Shown piece by piece: positions 8,581-16,832 of a stretch of DNA of 32,000 bases. Made by a program: the position numbers and the translations under genes. The notes under the pieces are model-generated. The model was not told the DNA's origin. It searched no databases and saw only the letters and a program-made list of their open reading frames with translations. The stretch is from an uncultured Chloroflexia bacterium (GTDB lineage: Bacteria; Chloroflexota; Anaerolineae; Anaerolineales; Anaerolineaceae). Each line of letters opens with the position of its first letter. The stretch's first letter is position 1. The stretch is taken from assembly GCA_963704755.1 (NCBI GenBank), contig OY969938.1, positions 4,710,001 through 4,742,000 of the forward strand, in the 5' to 3' direction.

Positions 8581-11280
8581 ATGAAAAATAACAATTTCCT
8601 CACCAAGGCTCTGACAGAAACAGCCATTACTCGGCGAAGTTTCCTGAAATGGAGTGCCATCCTGGGTGGAACAACCGCACTTGCGGGGGGGCTGAAATTT
8701 GGCTTGAAGCCTGCGAAAGCCGATGATACAGCTCAAGATGCAGGTCAATGGATTCCTGTTGCCTGCTGGCATAACTGCGGCGGTCGCTGTTTGAACGTAG
8801 CCCTGGTGAAAGACGGCGTGGTTATCCGCCAGAAAACCGATGACACGCACCCTGATAGCCCGGATTTTCCGCAGCAGCGCGGCTGCCAGCGTGGACGTTC
8901 ACAACGTCATCAGGTGTTTGGCGTTGACCGCATCAAATACCCCATGAAGCGTAAGAATTGGGCTCCCGGCGGCGGCAATAAAGATTTACGTGGTGTTGAT
9001 GAGTGGGTGCGTATTTCCTGGGATGAAGCGCTGGATATTGTGGCGAGCGAAATCAAAAGTGTCAAAGATAATTATGGCAACACGGCTTTCTTCACCCCCC
9101 GCGGCAATAGCAAACTCCTCAATCTCTATGGTGGAGAAACCGGTTCTTACGGCGTAACTTCGGATGGTGCCTGGCCTCTGGTCCAAACCATGATGTCCGG
9201 TAGCTTATACGCCGCAAACGACCGCCTGGATCTTCGCAACGCCAATTTGATCGTTCTTTGGGGGTCTGACCCTGCCTGGAGCAGCGCCGGAAATCCCAAT
9301 TACAATTATTTGCAGGCCAAGAGGGCAGGGGCGAAATTCATTCTTGTGGATCCGTATTACAACGCCACAGTACAAAGCCTGGCCGACGAATGGATCCCCG
9401 TGAGGCCGTCTACCGATGCGGCTCTCTTGCTCGGTATGGCCTACCATATGATCACCCACAACCTGCAGGACCAGGATTTCCTGGATAAATACGCCCTCGG
9501 TTTCGATGCCGATCATATGCCCGATGGTGCCGATCCGCAGGGCAGCTTCAAGGATTACGTCCTGGGCACCTACGATAACACTCCCAAGACACCCGAATGG
9601 GCCTCCGAGATTTGTGGTACCCCTCCGGATGTGATCCGCGATTTTGCCCAGGAAATTGCCACCACCAAACCGATGGTTTTCCAATCCTCGTCGGCTGCAG
9701 CTCGAACTTATCTTGGCCAGCAGTTCTGCCAGGCATTCCTGACCGTGGGCTGGATGACTGGTAACGTAGGCTTTTCAGGTGGTGGTGTCTTCCACAACTA
9801 CCACAGTGCGGCCAGCTACGGTGGCGCTACACTGGTGAAACCCGGATCGGCCGGATTGCCAGGTGTGCCAAATCCTCTCTGCCCGAATGGAGATGGCTAT
9901 GGCTTTGCCAAGCCTGAAGAAGCGGGTAGTCATCTTGTGGTTTACGAAGAGAGTTGGGATGCCATTCTGAATGGCGCATACACCTCACTACAAGGAACAA
10001 TGGATGAGGCGAACGCGGATGGCAAGATCCCAGTCGATATCCGATTGCTGTACATTGTCCGTGATGGTAACGGCGGAAATGCATTAAACCAATCCGCTGG
10101 TATTCCCAAGGGCATTGAGGCCTTCAGGAAAGTGGATTTCGTTGTAACCAACGATATTGTTCTCTCGACGGTGTCCAAGTACGCCGATGTGGTTCTACCC
10201 TCGACGACACCTTGGGAACAAGACTTTGGTGGTTTCTTGACCGGTAACCCAGAAATGTTGCTCTGGTACAACCAGGTCACCGAGCCGCTTTTTGAAGCTC
10301 GCGACTCACAATGGATCGAAAGTCAATTAGCCACTCGGTTGGGCTTGGACCCGAATGCCCTCTTCCCCATTTCGCGGACCCAGCAGGTGTTCAACCAATT
10401 GGCGGGCGCCACGGTGATCAAAAATGACGGCTCCGATTACGAACCTTTGGTGACGATTACCGCTGACGACATCCAGAAACTTGGCGTCGATGGCAAACCT
10501 CAACAAGGCCGGATCACCTTTGATGAACTCAAGACCAAGGGCGTGTACCAGGTAGAACACCACCCTGGAGATGCATTCGGATTTGTCTCCGGTAAGGATT
10601 TCCGCGACGATCCGGAGGCCAATCCCATTTCGACGGCCAGCGGTAAGCTGGAAATCTATTGCCAGGCACTTTCGGATAAGATCGCAGCTTATCGCCTTTC
10701 TACCTGCCCACCGATTGCCCAATATCGAAAACCGGTCGAAGGTTACGAAGATACCTTTGCCGATTGGGATAAAAAGATCAAAGGCGATTATCCTTTACAG
10801 ATGGTCACCATTCACTATCCTCGCCGCAGCCACTCGGTATTCGACAACATCAGCAATTTGCGCCGTGCTTACCCCCAGGAAGTAATGATGAACACCCTGG
10901 ACGCCCAGGAACGCGGTATCAAATCGAACGACTATGTTCAGGTATCCAGTCGCTGGGGTAAAGTCCTGCGCCCGGTGTTTGTGTCTGACAAGGTGCTCCC
11001 CGGTGTGGTAATGATCGGTGAAGGCGCCTGGGTCGAGATGGACGAGACGCTTGGAATCGATAAGGCCGGGGCAACCAACATGTTGAACGGCACCCATCCG
11101 ACCGGCCAGGGCGAAGAACCGTGGAACTCCTGCAATCTCCAGGTGGAGAAATGGACCGGTGCCTCGCTGGAGGAAGACTATAAGTGGCCACACCGTGTAC
11201 CTATCAAGGACTCAACGGACGCTGTTGCGGACGATTGGCATCTGGAGCCCGATGTGATTAACCCCTTAAAGGATGCGTAA
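8581..11280 (+). CDS. dmsA: TAT-exported molybdopterin oxidoreductase catalytic subunit, DmsA/YnfE-like (paralogue 2)
   Basis: It has a twin-arginine signal (TRRSFLKWSAILGG...AKA) and an FS0 motif (CWHNCGGRC...C). GGAGGAG precedes ATG 8581. It is 899 aa, with a tail of about 45 aa that paralogue 1 lacks. Confidence 0.92.
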   Translation: MKNNNFLTKALTETAITRRSFLKWSAILGGTTALAGGLKFGLKPAKADDTAQDAGQWIPVACWHNCGGRCLNVALVKDGVVIRQKTDDTHPDSPDFPQQRGCQRGRSQRHQVFGVDRIKYPMKRKNWAPGGGNKDLRGVDEWVRISWDEALDIVASEIKSVKDNYGNTAFFTPRGNSKLLNLYGGETGSYGVTSDGAWPLVQTMMSGSLYAANDRLDLRNANLIVLWGSDPAWSSAGNPNYNYLQAKRAGAKFILVDPYYNATVQSLADEWIPVRPSTDAALLLGMAYHMITHNLQDQDFLDKYALGFDADHMPDGADPQGSFKDYVLGTYDNTPKTPEWASEICGTPPDVIRDFAQEIATTKPMVFQSSSAAARTYLGQQFCQAFLTVGWMTGNVGFSGGGVFHNYHSAASYGGATLVKPGSAGLPGVPNPLCPNGDGYGFAKPEEAGSHLVVYEESWDAILNGAYTSLQGTMDEANADGKIPVDIRLLYIVRDGNGGNALNQSAGIPKGIEAFRKVDFVVTNDIVLSTVSKYADVVLPSTTPWEQDFGGFLTGNPEMLLWYNQVTEPLFEARDSQWIESQLATRLGLDPNALFPISRTQQVFNQLAGATVIKNDGSDYEPLVTITADDIQKLGVDGKPQQGRITFDELKTKGVYQVEHHPGDAFGFVSGKDFRDDPEANPISTASGKLEIYCQALSDKIAAYRLSTCPPIAQYRKPVEGYEDTFADWDKKIKGDYPLQMVTIHYPRRSHSVFDNISNLRRAYPQEVMMNTLDAQERGIKSNDYVQVSSRWGKVLRPVFVSDKVLPGVVMIGEGAWVEMDETLGIDKAGATNMLNGTHPTGQGEEPWNSCNLQVEKWTGASLEEDYKWPHRVPIKDSTDAVADDWHLEPDVINPLKDA

Positions 11281-11283
11281 ACT

Positions 11284-11916
11284 ATGGCCAAACAATTAGC
11301 TTTTCATGTTGACCCGAGTGTGTGCATTGGCTGCAAGGCTTGCCAGATCGCCTGCCAGGATAAAAACGACCTGCCGCCTCAAATTCTTTGGCGACGTGTG
11401 TTCCATTACGGCGGTGGAAACTGGGTTTCAGACTCTAGTATTCCCAATCTCTATCGGGCCAGTAATGTTTACTCCTATTCCATTTCTGTGTCTTGCATGC
11501 ACTGCCAAAACCCGATTTGTACCGAGGTTTGCCCCACGGAAGCTATGCACAAACGCGAAGATGGCGTTGTTGTAATCGATGACACCAAGTGCGTTGGCTG
11601 CCGGTATTGCGAATGGGCCTGCCCCTACGGCGCTCCTCATTTCGACCAGGCCTCAGGCGTAATGACCAAATGCAACTTCTGCGAAGACCTGCTTGCCCAA
11701 GGCGAGAACCCGGCCTGCGTGGATGCATGCCCAATGCGTGCGATCGATTTTGGTGAGCTGGATGACTTGCGCCAGAAATATGGTGACGTCGACGCAATCG
11801 AGCCGTTGCCGGAATCCAGCTATACTCATCCCTCCCTGGTAATCACGCCCAATAAAAACGCTCAACCGAGCGGCAGCGGAACCGGCAAGATCCTGAACCT
11901 GCTGGAGGAGTTGTAA
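11284..11916 (+). CDS. dmsB: 4Fe-4S electron-transfer subunit, DmsB-like (paralogue 2)
   Basis: It carries the same four Cys clusters as 1682-2317 and is roughly two-thirds identical to it by eye. Confidence 0.9.
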   Translation: MAKQLAFHVDPSVCIGCKACQIACQDKNDLPPQILWRRVFHYGGGNWVSDSSIPNLYRASNVYSYSISVSCMHCQNPICTEVCPTEAMHKREDGVVVIDDTKCVGCRYCEWACPYGAPHFDQASGVMTKCNFCEDLLAQGENPACVDACPMRAIDFGELDDLRQKYGDVDAIEPLPESSYTHPSLVITPNKNAQPSGSGTGKILNLLEEL

Positions 11917-11917
11917 A

Positions 11918-12838
11918 ATGAATACTCGTGAATGGGCTCTGATCGCTTTTACAATTTTGAACCAGTTGGCCGTGGGCTCCTTCCTGATCCTGACCATCGT
12001 TCGCGCCTATGCCCTCAAAAAGAAGGGCGAGGACCAGGCAAACCTCTTGACCGACCGGGCTTATCTCGCCCTTATCCCAGTGGTAGGTGTTGCAGTTCTT
12101 GTTTCCCTTCTCCACCTGGGTAATCCGATCAATGCTCCGCACGCAATCGCAAACCTGGGAAGTTCGTGGCTTAGCCGTGAAATTCTCTTCGATCTACTCT
12201 TCGCTGCCCTGGTTCTTGTCTTTGGCGTCCTACAGTTTTGGAAGATTGCTTCTTCTGAACTTCGCAATGTCATTGCCTGGGTAACCGTAGTTGTTGGATT
12301 GGTTTTGGTTTTCATCATGGCAAGTGTGTACATGCTGCCGACCGATCCCTCCTGGAACAGTGCCGCAACTCCCCTGGCATTCTATTCGACCGCATTCTTG
12401 CTGGGTTCGCTTGCCACGGGTGTGGCCTTTGCAGCCAATTATGCCTATGTACAACGCGGCAAACCGGATTGCGCTAGCGATCAGTGCGACCTTTTGCGGG
12501 ACACAACTCGCGGAATTTCTATTACGGCGATCGTCTTCCTTGGTGTGGAGCTTGTTACTCTACCCATGTACCTTTCCAGCCTGGCTTCAGGTGGGGCGGC
12601 AGCCCAATCGAGTGTTCAGCTCATGGTGGGTTCCTTCACCGCACTATTTGTTCTGCGCCTGATTCTGGGTTTCGTCGGGGCGGGCATTCTGGGTCTGTTC
12701 CTCTATCGTTCCGCAGTCGATGCCGGACGTGAAAAGGTTTTGAGCTATCTGGTTTATAGCGCATTTGCTCTTGTGCTTATAGCCGAGGTTATGAACAGAT
12801 TCTTGTTCTATGCCACCCGTGTTAGAATCGGTATCTAA
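11918..12838 (+). CDS. dmsC: DmsC-type membrane anchor (paralogue 2)
   Basis: The N-terminus is MNTREWALIAFTILNQLAVG. The protein is polytopic and its C-terminus (RFLFYA.RVRIGI) matches paralogue 1. Confidence 0.85.
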   Translation: MNTREWALIAFTILNQLAVGSFLILTIVRAYALKKKGEDQANLLTDRAYLALIPVVGVAVLVSLLHLGNPINAPHAIANLGSSWLSREILFDLLFAALVLVFGVLQFWKIASSELRNVIAWVTVVVGLVLVFIMASVYMLPTDPSWNSAATPLAFYSTAFLLGSLATGVAFAANYAYVQRGKPDCASDQCDLLRDTTRGISITAIVFLGVELVTLPMYLSSLASGGAAAQSSVQLMVGSFTALFVLRLILGFVGAGILGLFLYRSAVDAGREKVLSYLVYSAFALVLIAEVMNRFLFYATRVRIGI

Positions 12839-12868
12839 AATTGCCGTAAATTGCCGGTAACAAAATCA

Positions 12869-12907
12869 TCGTCTGGGGCAAAGGGTAAATTCCTTTGCTC
12901 CAGACGA
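12869..12907 (+). other. Intercistronic stem-loop between dmsC2 and its chaperone gene (16-bp stem with one G-T pair)
   Basis: TCGTCTGGGGCAAAGG (12869-12884) pairs with CCTTTGCTCCAGACGA (12892-12907) across a 7-nt loop. CTTTG follows the stem. Confidence 0.5.
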
Positions 12908-12944
12908 CTTTGTGGTTATTCCAAGTATCAATGAGGTAAAAGGC

Positions 12945-13646
12945 ATGAAATCGGATAACGCTAATCTGGGTTGGGAAACAATGTTGACCGGAGAGAGTTT
13001 GTTGCTAGGTGTATTGGGTAAAATGATCTACACCTCTCCGGAACGCGATTGGCTGGAGGACTTAGTCCAAGGCGACCTCTTCTCAGAAATACCATTTGCT
13101 GAGAATCAACCCCTGGTTCAGAAAGGTTTCGAGACGATGCAAGCCTGGTGCCTGGAGAATAAAAGTGGGTTGTCCGATCATGCACTGCAAGACCTGCAAC
13201 AGGATTTTTTGCGACTATTCATTGGCCCGGGTAAGGTTCTAGCACCTGCCTGGGAATCAGTGTATTTTAGCGAAGATCGTCTGGTTTTTCAGGAACAAAC
13301 GCTGCAAGTACGCCAATGGTATCGTCGTTACGGCGCTGAAATAGAGCATATCCATAAAGAGCCGGATGATCACATTGGCCTGGAACTAATCTTTGTGGCA
13401 TATCTGGCGCAGCGTGCCTTGGATGATTTTCAACAAAATGATGAAACTGCTTTCGAAGAAGATATTCATGGCCAACGCCAATTTCTCATGCAACATTTGT
13501 TGCGTTTTGCTCCGAATTGGTACGATCTGGTAGAAAAGCATGCGCATACGGGGTTTTATCGTGCGTTAGGGCAACTAATTCGCGGATCGCTGCAAACCGT
13601 TGCCGAAATGTTAAAAATTGATGTGAGTGAAGTGAAGTTGGAGTGA
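12945..13646 (+). CDS. TorD/DmsD-family chaperone (paralogue 2)
   Basis: It aligns with 3527-4228 over its full length, for example LTGESLLL.VLGK and EPDDHIGLELIFVAYLAQRAL. ATG 12945 was chosen because GAGG lies upstream. Confidence 0.85.
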   Translation: MKSDNANLGWETMLTGESLLLGVLGKMIYTSPERDWLEDLVQGDLFSEIPFAENQPLVQKGFETMQAWCLENKSGLSDHALQDLQQDFLRLFIGPGKVLAPAWESVYFSEDRLVFQEQTLQVRQWYRRYGAEIEHIHKEPDDHIGLELIFVAYLAQRALDDFQQNDETAFEEDIHGQRQFLMQHLLRFAPNWYDLVEKHAHTGFYRALGQLIRGSLQTVAEMLKIDVSEVKLE

Positions 13647-13829
13647 ATGTATTGTCCACCAGGAACTGATTGGTTTCGTTCTTCCGCCTAGACATAACGT
13701 TTGACACAAATCGATGCTTCTAAAAAGGATCGCTTTGAAGATTGCGAAGCCTGTTGGGATATTTGCCTGGTGGAGGCGATTAAAATCGGGGAACCACCCA
13801 CAATGGAAATAACTCCCCAGGCAGCTTAG
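13643..13829 (+). pseudogene. Decayed N-terminal remnant of the polyferredoxin gene, fused to the last codons of mobA
   Basis: It has the same GTGA overlap with the chaperone stop as at 4225. The translation VNVLSTRN*LVSFFRLDITFDTNRCF*, then after a frameshift KKDRFEDCEACWDICLVEAIKIGEPP, parallels MNFVSAADRLASFMRPDIVLDPTRCFYSTDRFSSCQACYDVCLAEAILPGKPP. It then runs into PQAA-stop, which is identical to the mobA terminus. Confidence 0.75.
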
Positions 13830-13888
13830 TTCGACAACCACGCCTACACCCGGCGTTTGATCTGCGTACGGGTGATCACAATCAAGGG
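13815..13888. repeat. 74-bp direct repeat, copy 2
   Basis: See copy 1 at 8185-8258. Confidence 0.85.
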
Positions 13889-14149
13889 AGTCATCAACAG
13901 CGCGCCGCTCCAGGCGCCGGCCGCAGTATTTGGGTTCTCCAGCACAATGCCTTGCGGCCAGGCGCCGATACATCAATTACGGCTACCAATATATTTTTAT
14001 TCTTCACGTATTCGACCTTATTGCGAACAAAGAGTACAATGGAATCTTGCCGGAGGCGCGTTTTTCTAGCTTCCCTTATCCTGTAAATTGCCGATTGGTA
14101 GCTATCTTCTGCTGGTCTGGTGGTAATTCTTATCTATGGAGTTTTATCG

Positions 14150-15814
14150 ATGCAAGAAGATATTCACTCAAACACCCCTCCCAAACGTACTCTCAAGTCT
14201 ATATTGAAGAACGACGATCCAGCCAGCTACAAATGGCGTGTGTTGGGTACGGTCATTTTTGGTATTTTTATGGTCATCCTGGATACTACGGTGGTCAATG
14301 TGGCTTTTCAGACCATCACCGAGGAATTTGGGGGAACCCTCAATGATTCACAGTGGATCATCAGTATATATGTGATGTCCCTGGGGATCAGCACCCCGCT
14401 GGCCGGTTTTCTGGCAGACCGGATTGGGACGAAACGCATCTACCTGGGCGGCCTGGGACTGTTCGCCATTGGCTCGCTCCTGTCCGGGTTCGCGCCCAGC
14501 CTGTTCTACCTGACGGTCGCCAGGGCCATCCAGGGGGTGGGTGGCGGTCTGGCGCTGCCACTAGGGATTGCCCTGTTGTTGCAAGCTTTCCCGGCCAAGG
14601 AACAAGGCACCGCATTGGGCATTTTCGGGATCGCGGCCCTGGTCGCCCCGGCTGTTGGACCAATCCTGGGTGGTTGGCTGGTTGACCACAACCTCTGGCG
14701 GGTGATTTTCTTCATCAACCCTCCCATTGGCTTGCTCGGGATTATTCTGGGATATTTCTTCCTCAAAGAATATATCAGCGAAAAAAAGCAGGTCTTCGAC
14801 ACGGCCGGCGTGATCACCGAAGTGATCGGGTTTGGTGCGATACTGTACGCGGCTTCCATCGCCGCGGATGTCGGCTGGGGCGCTCCCCAAACGATCATTG
14901 CGCTGGTGGTAGGATTGATCGGCCTGATCGCCTTTGGCCTGATCGAACTTTTCCACGCCAAATCCCCGCTGCTGGATATGCGCTTGTTCGGTGATCGTAT
15001 TTTCCTGAACGCTTCACTGCTGGGGTACGTCAGTAATATCGCATTGTTTGGCGCAGAATTCCTGATGCCGCTTTATCTGCAATCCTTGCGCGGAGAAACG
15101 GCTTTACGCACTGGCTTTATTTTGCTGCCAATGGCGATAGCCGGCGGCATCTTTGTGACCCTTTCCGGCCGGCTGTACGACAAATTCGGTCCCCGGCCGT
15201 TGATGACCCTGGGCTTTATCATTTTGTCGGTCAATACCTGGCAGTTGGCCCTATTGAAAGCCGACACGCCGATTAGCTGGATCGTTTTCTTGCTTGTGCT
15301 GCGTGGTATCGCCTTGGGGTTAACCGTCCAGACCACCATGGTAACCGCACTATCGGTGGTACCATCCCGCGAACTGCCGCGGGGTTCCTCTTTGATCAAT
15401 GGCACCCGCCGGGTGGCCCAGTCGCTGGGTGTGGCCGTTTTGGCCACCGTATTGGCCAGTACGCTTTCGCCTCAAATCCAGGCCTTCCAGAACCAGATGG
15501 AGACCAGAAACCCGGGCGCGTCTCAGCCGGTGGGGATCTGTGAAGCAGCCCAGGGGCTCGCATCCACCAGCGGCGGTCCCGCCAATGGAGGGGCTCAACT
15601 GGCCTTCAGCGGCTTGCTCCCCAGTGGAATTTCCGCCGAACAGCTACCGGGCCTGTTGGACCAGGCCTGCCAGGAGAACATATCCGGTTTCGAGCGGGCT
15701 TATAAAGTGACGTTTTACGCTGCGCTCATCGCGCTATTATTGGGTGTCATGTTGCCTGGCTGGCCGGGCAAATGGGCGGGCAGGGGAGAAAGCGGCGCCG
15801 CGCCAACAGCATGA
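14150..15814 (+). CDS. MFS transporter, DHA2 (EmrB/QacA-like, 14-helix) type
   Basis: It has the MFS motif LADRIGTKR after TM2 and about 14 hydrophobic segments, with a long Gly/Ala/Pro-rich loop before the last helix. ATG 14150 has GGAG 8 nt upstream. Confidence 0.85.
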   Translation: MQEDIHSNTPPKRTLKSILKNDDPASYKWRVLGTVIFGIFMVILDTTVVNVAFQTITEEFGGTLNDSQWIISIYVMSLGISTPLAGFLADRIGTKRIYLGGLGLFAIGSLLSGFAPSLFYLTVARAIQGVGGGLALPLGIALLLQAFPAKEQGTALGIFGIAALVAPAVGPILGGWLVDHNLWRVIFFINPPIGLLGIILGYFFLKEYISEKKQVFDTAGVITEVIGFGAILYAASIAADVGWGAPQTIIALVVGLIGLIAFGLIELFHAKSPLLDMRLFGDRIFLNASLLGYVSNIALFGAEFLMPLYLQSLRGETALRTGFILLPMAIAGGIFVTLSGRLYDKFGPRPLMTLGFIILSVNTWQLALLKADTPISWIVFLLVLRGIALGLTVQTTMVTALSVVPSRELPRGSSLINGTRRVAQSLGVAVLATVLASTLSPQIQAFQNQMETRNPGASQPVGICEAAQGLASTSGGPANGGAQLAFSGLLPSGISAEQLPGLLDQACQENISGFERAYKVTFYAALIALLLGVMLPGWPGKWAGRGESGAAPTA

Positions 15815-15824
15815 GAATTTATAG

Positions 15825-15857
15825 AAAGGACACAGCCCAGGCTGTGTCCTTTCTTTT
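15825..15857 (+). terminator. Rho-independent terminator of the MFS gene
   Basis: AAAGGACACAGC (15825-15836) pairs with GCTGTGTCCTTT (15841-15852) across a CCAG loop. The stem runs into TTTCTTTT. Confidence 0.7.
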
Positions 15858-15896
15858 AGATAATAAATATGTAACTATTCAGCTACCGCAAAAGAG

Positions 15897-15955
15897 AGGG
15901 GTGGTTCTATTGTTTTTCGCGTGCGCAGCACGCGAAAAACAATAGAACCACCCCT
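15897..15955. repeat. 59-nt perfect palindromic hairpin (28-bp stem, 3-nt loop) between the convergent MFS and fur-like genes
   Basis: AGGGGTGGTTCTATTGTTTTTCGCGTGC (15897-15924) is the exact reverse complement of 15928-15955; I checked it base by base. On the minus strand CTCTTTTG follows, so it may terminate the fur-like gene. Confidence 0.7.
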
Positions 15956-16040
15956 AATTTCCGAACCAGCCTGAGTAGTAACATAATTTGTTACTGTTCA
16001 ACTTGCCGGGAACTTCTTGCACGAGCAGGAGTAGGCAAAA

Positions 16041-16487
16041 TCAATTTTGCTTTTCCTGGCATTCCGGGCAGATACCGTAGAAGTCCAGGCGATAACCGGT
16101 GATGTCGAAACCGGATGGGTGGGCTGCCTGCTGGACGAATTCTGGGTTGAGGTTCTCTCCAGCGTCGATGATCTTGTGGCACTTGATGCAAATAATGTGC
16201 GCGTGCGGGAGAGGCAAACGGCCATCATAGCGGTTATCGTCGTTGCTAAAACCCAACTCGAGCACCTCACCCATTTCTTTGAGCAGGGCCAGGGTTTTAT
16301 AAACCGTTCCCGGGCTCATGGTGGGGTAATCTTCCTTCAGTTGATCGTAAAGTTGGGCCGCGCTGGGGTGTGCGGTCGTCGTGGCCAGGATGTGCAACAG
16401 CGCCATCCGTTGGGGCGTCATGCGGCAGTCGCGTTCCCGCAGTTTGTGAACCAGCTCTTCGAATCGATCTTCTTGTACTTTTTCCAT
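16041..16487 (-). CDS. Fur-family metalloregulator (PerR-like by context)
   Basis: It is 148 aa, with the R.T.QR..ll DNA-binding region, an HAH motif and paired CxxC motifs (CIKC, CPEC). It is divergent from a peroxiredoxin gene. Confidence 0.85.
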   Translation of the reverse strand: MEKVQEDRFEELVHKLRERDCRMTPQRMALLHILATTTAHPSAAQLYDQLKEDYPTMSPGTVYKTLALLKEMGEVLELGFSNDDNRYDGRLPLPHAHIICIKCHKIIDAGENLNPEFVQQAAHPSGFDITGYRLDFYGICPECQEKQN

Positions 16488-16748
16488 AGAACCGCTAATT
16501 ATTTCTAACTACCCAGGCTCGCGTAAGAAGCCCTCGGATTTTAGTTGTTCCCAGGGGTAAGCCCCGCGACTACTAAAATATGACTTTTTAATCCGGCAGC
16601 CGGGCAGTTGTAATTATTCCTTATAGATATTGAATCTCCGTTAGGATAATAACACTTCTTGGATGGGCGAGTCAAGTGGGACGGGAGGGTTATTTTGTCA
16701 CTTTTTTGGATCGCCCTTCTGTCAGGGGGGGTATGTGACGCTTGTCCC

Positions 16749-16776
16749 TGGTCAAGGAAGCCAGAAAATATATAAT
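16749..16776 (+). promoter_or_regulatory. Candidate sigma-70-type promoter of the peroxiredoxin gene
   Basis: A perfect TATAAT lies at 16771-16776, with TGGTCA 16 nt upstream. Confidence 0.35.
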
Positions 16777-16786
16777 AGTTTCTAGT

Positions 16787-16818
16787 TGATAACGAATATC
16801 AATAAAGAATCATTATCA
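16787..16818. promoter_or_regulatory. Two adjacent Fur/PerR-type operator boxes
   Basis: TGATAACGAATATCA (16787-16801) resembles the 7-1-7 consensus TGATAATnATTATCA, with a TGATA-N5-TATCA core. AAAGAATCATTATCA (16804-16818) has a perfect ATTATCA right half. Both lie between the candidate -10 and the RBS. Confidence 0.5.
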
Positions 16819-16832
16819 AAATTGGAGGATCG

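Noticed and set aside
1-11280. Selenocysteine (in-frame TGA) in the molybdoenzyme catalytic subunits.
   Set aside because: Both A-subunit frames are uninterrupted and no in-frame TGA or SECIS-like context is needed to explain them.
13611-13976. A 121-aa minus-strand ORF spanning the 74-bp repeat and the end of the chaperone gene.
   Set aside because: It overlaps the TorD-like gene and the ferredoxin stub and has no motifs. Only a different minus-strand frame over 13830-13975 looks like a relic of a protein C-terminus, and that frame is closed by an upstream stop.
16047-16508. A 153-aa plus-strand ORF.
   Set aside because: It is completely antisense to the well-supported Fur-family gene.
16600-16660. 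A PerR/Fur box upstream of the fur-like gene itself (TTGTAATTATTCCTT, TTAGGATAATAACAC).
   Set aside because: Only one half-site of each candidate matches the 7-1-7 consensus, which is too weak to call.
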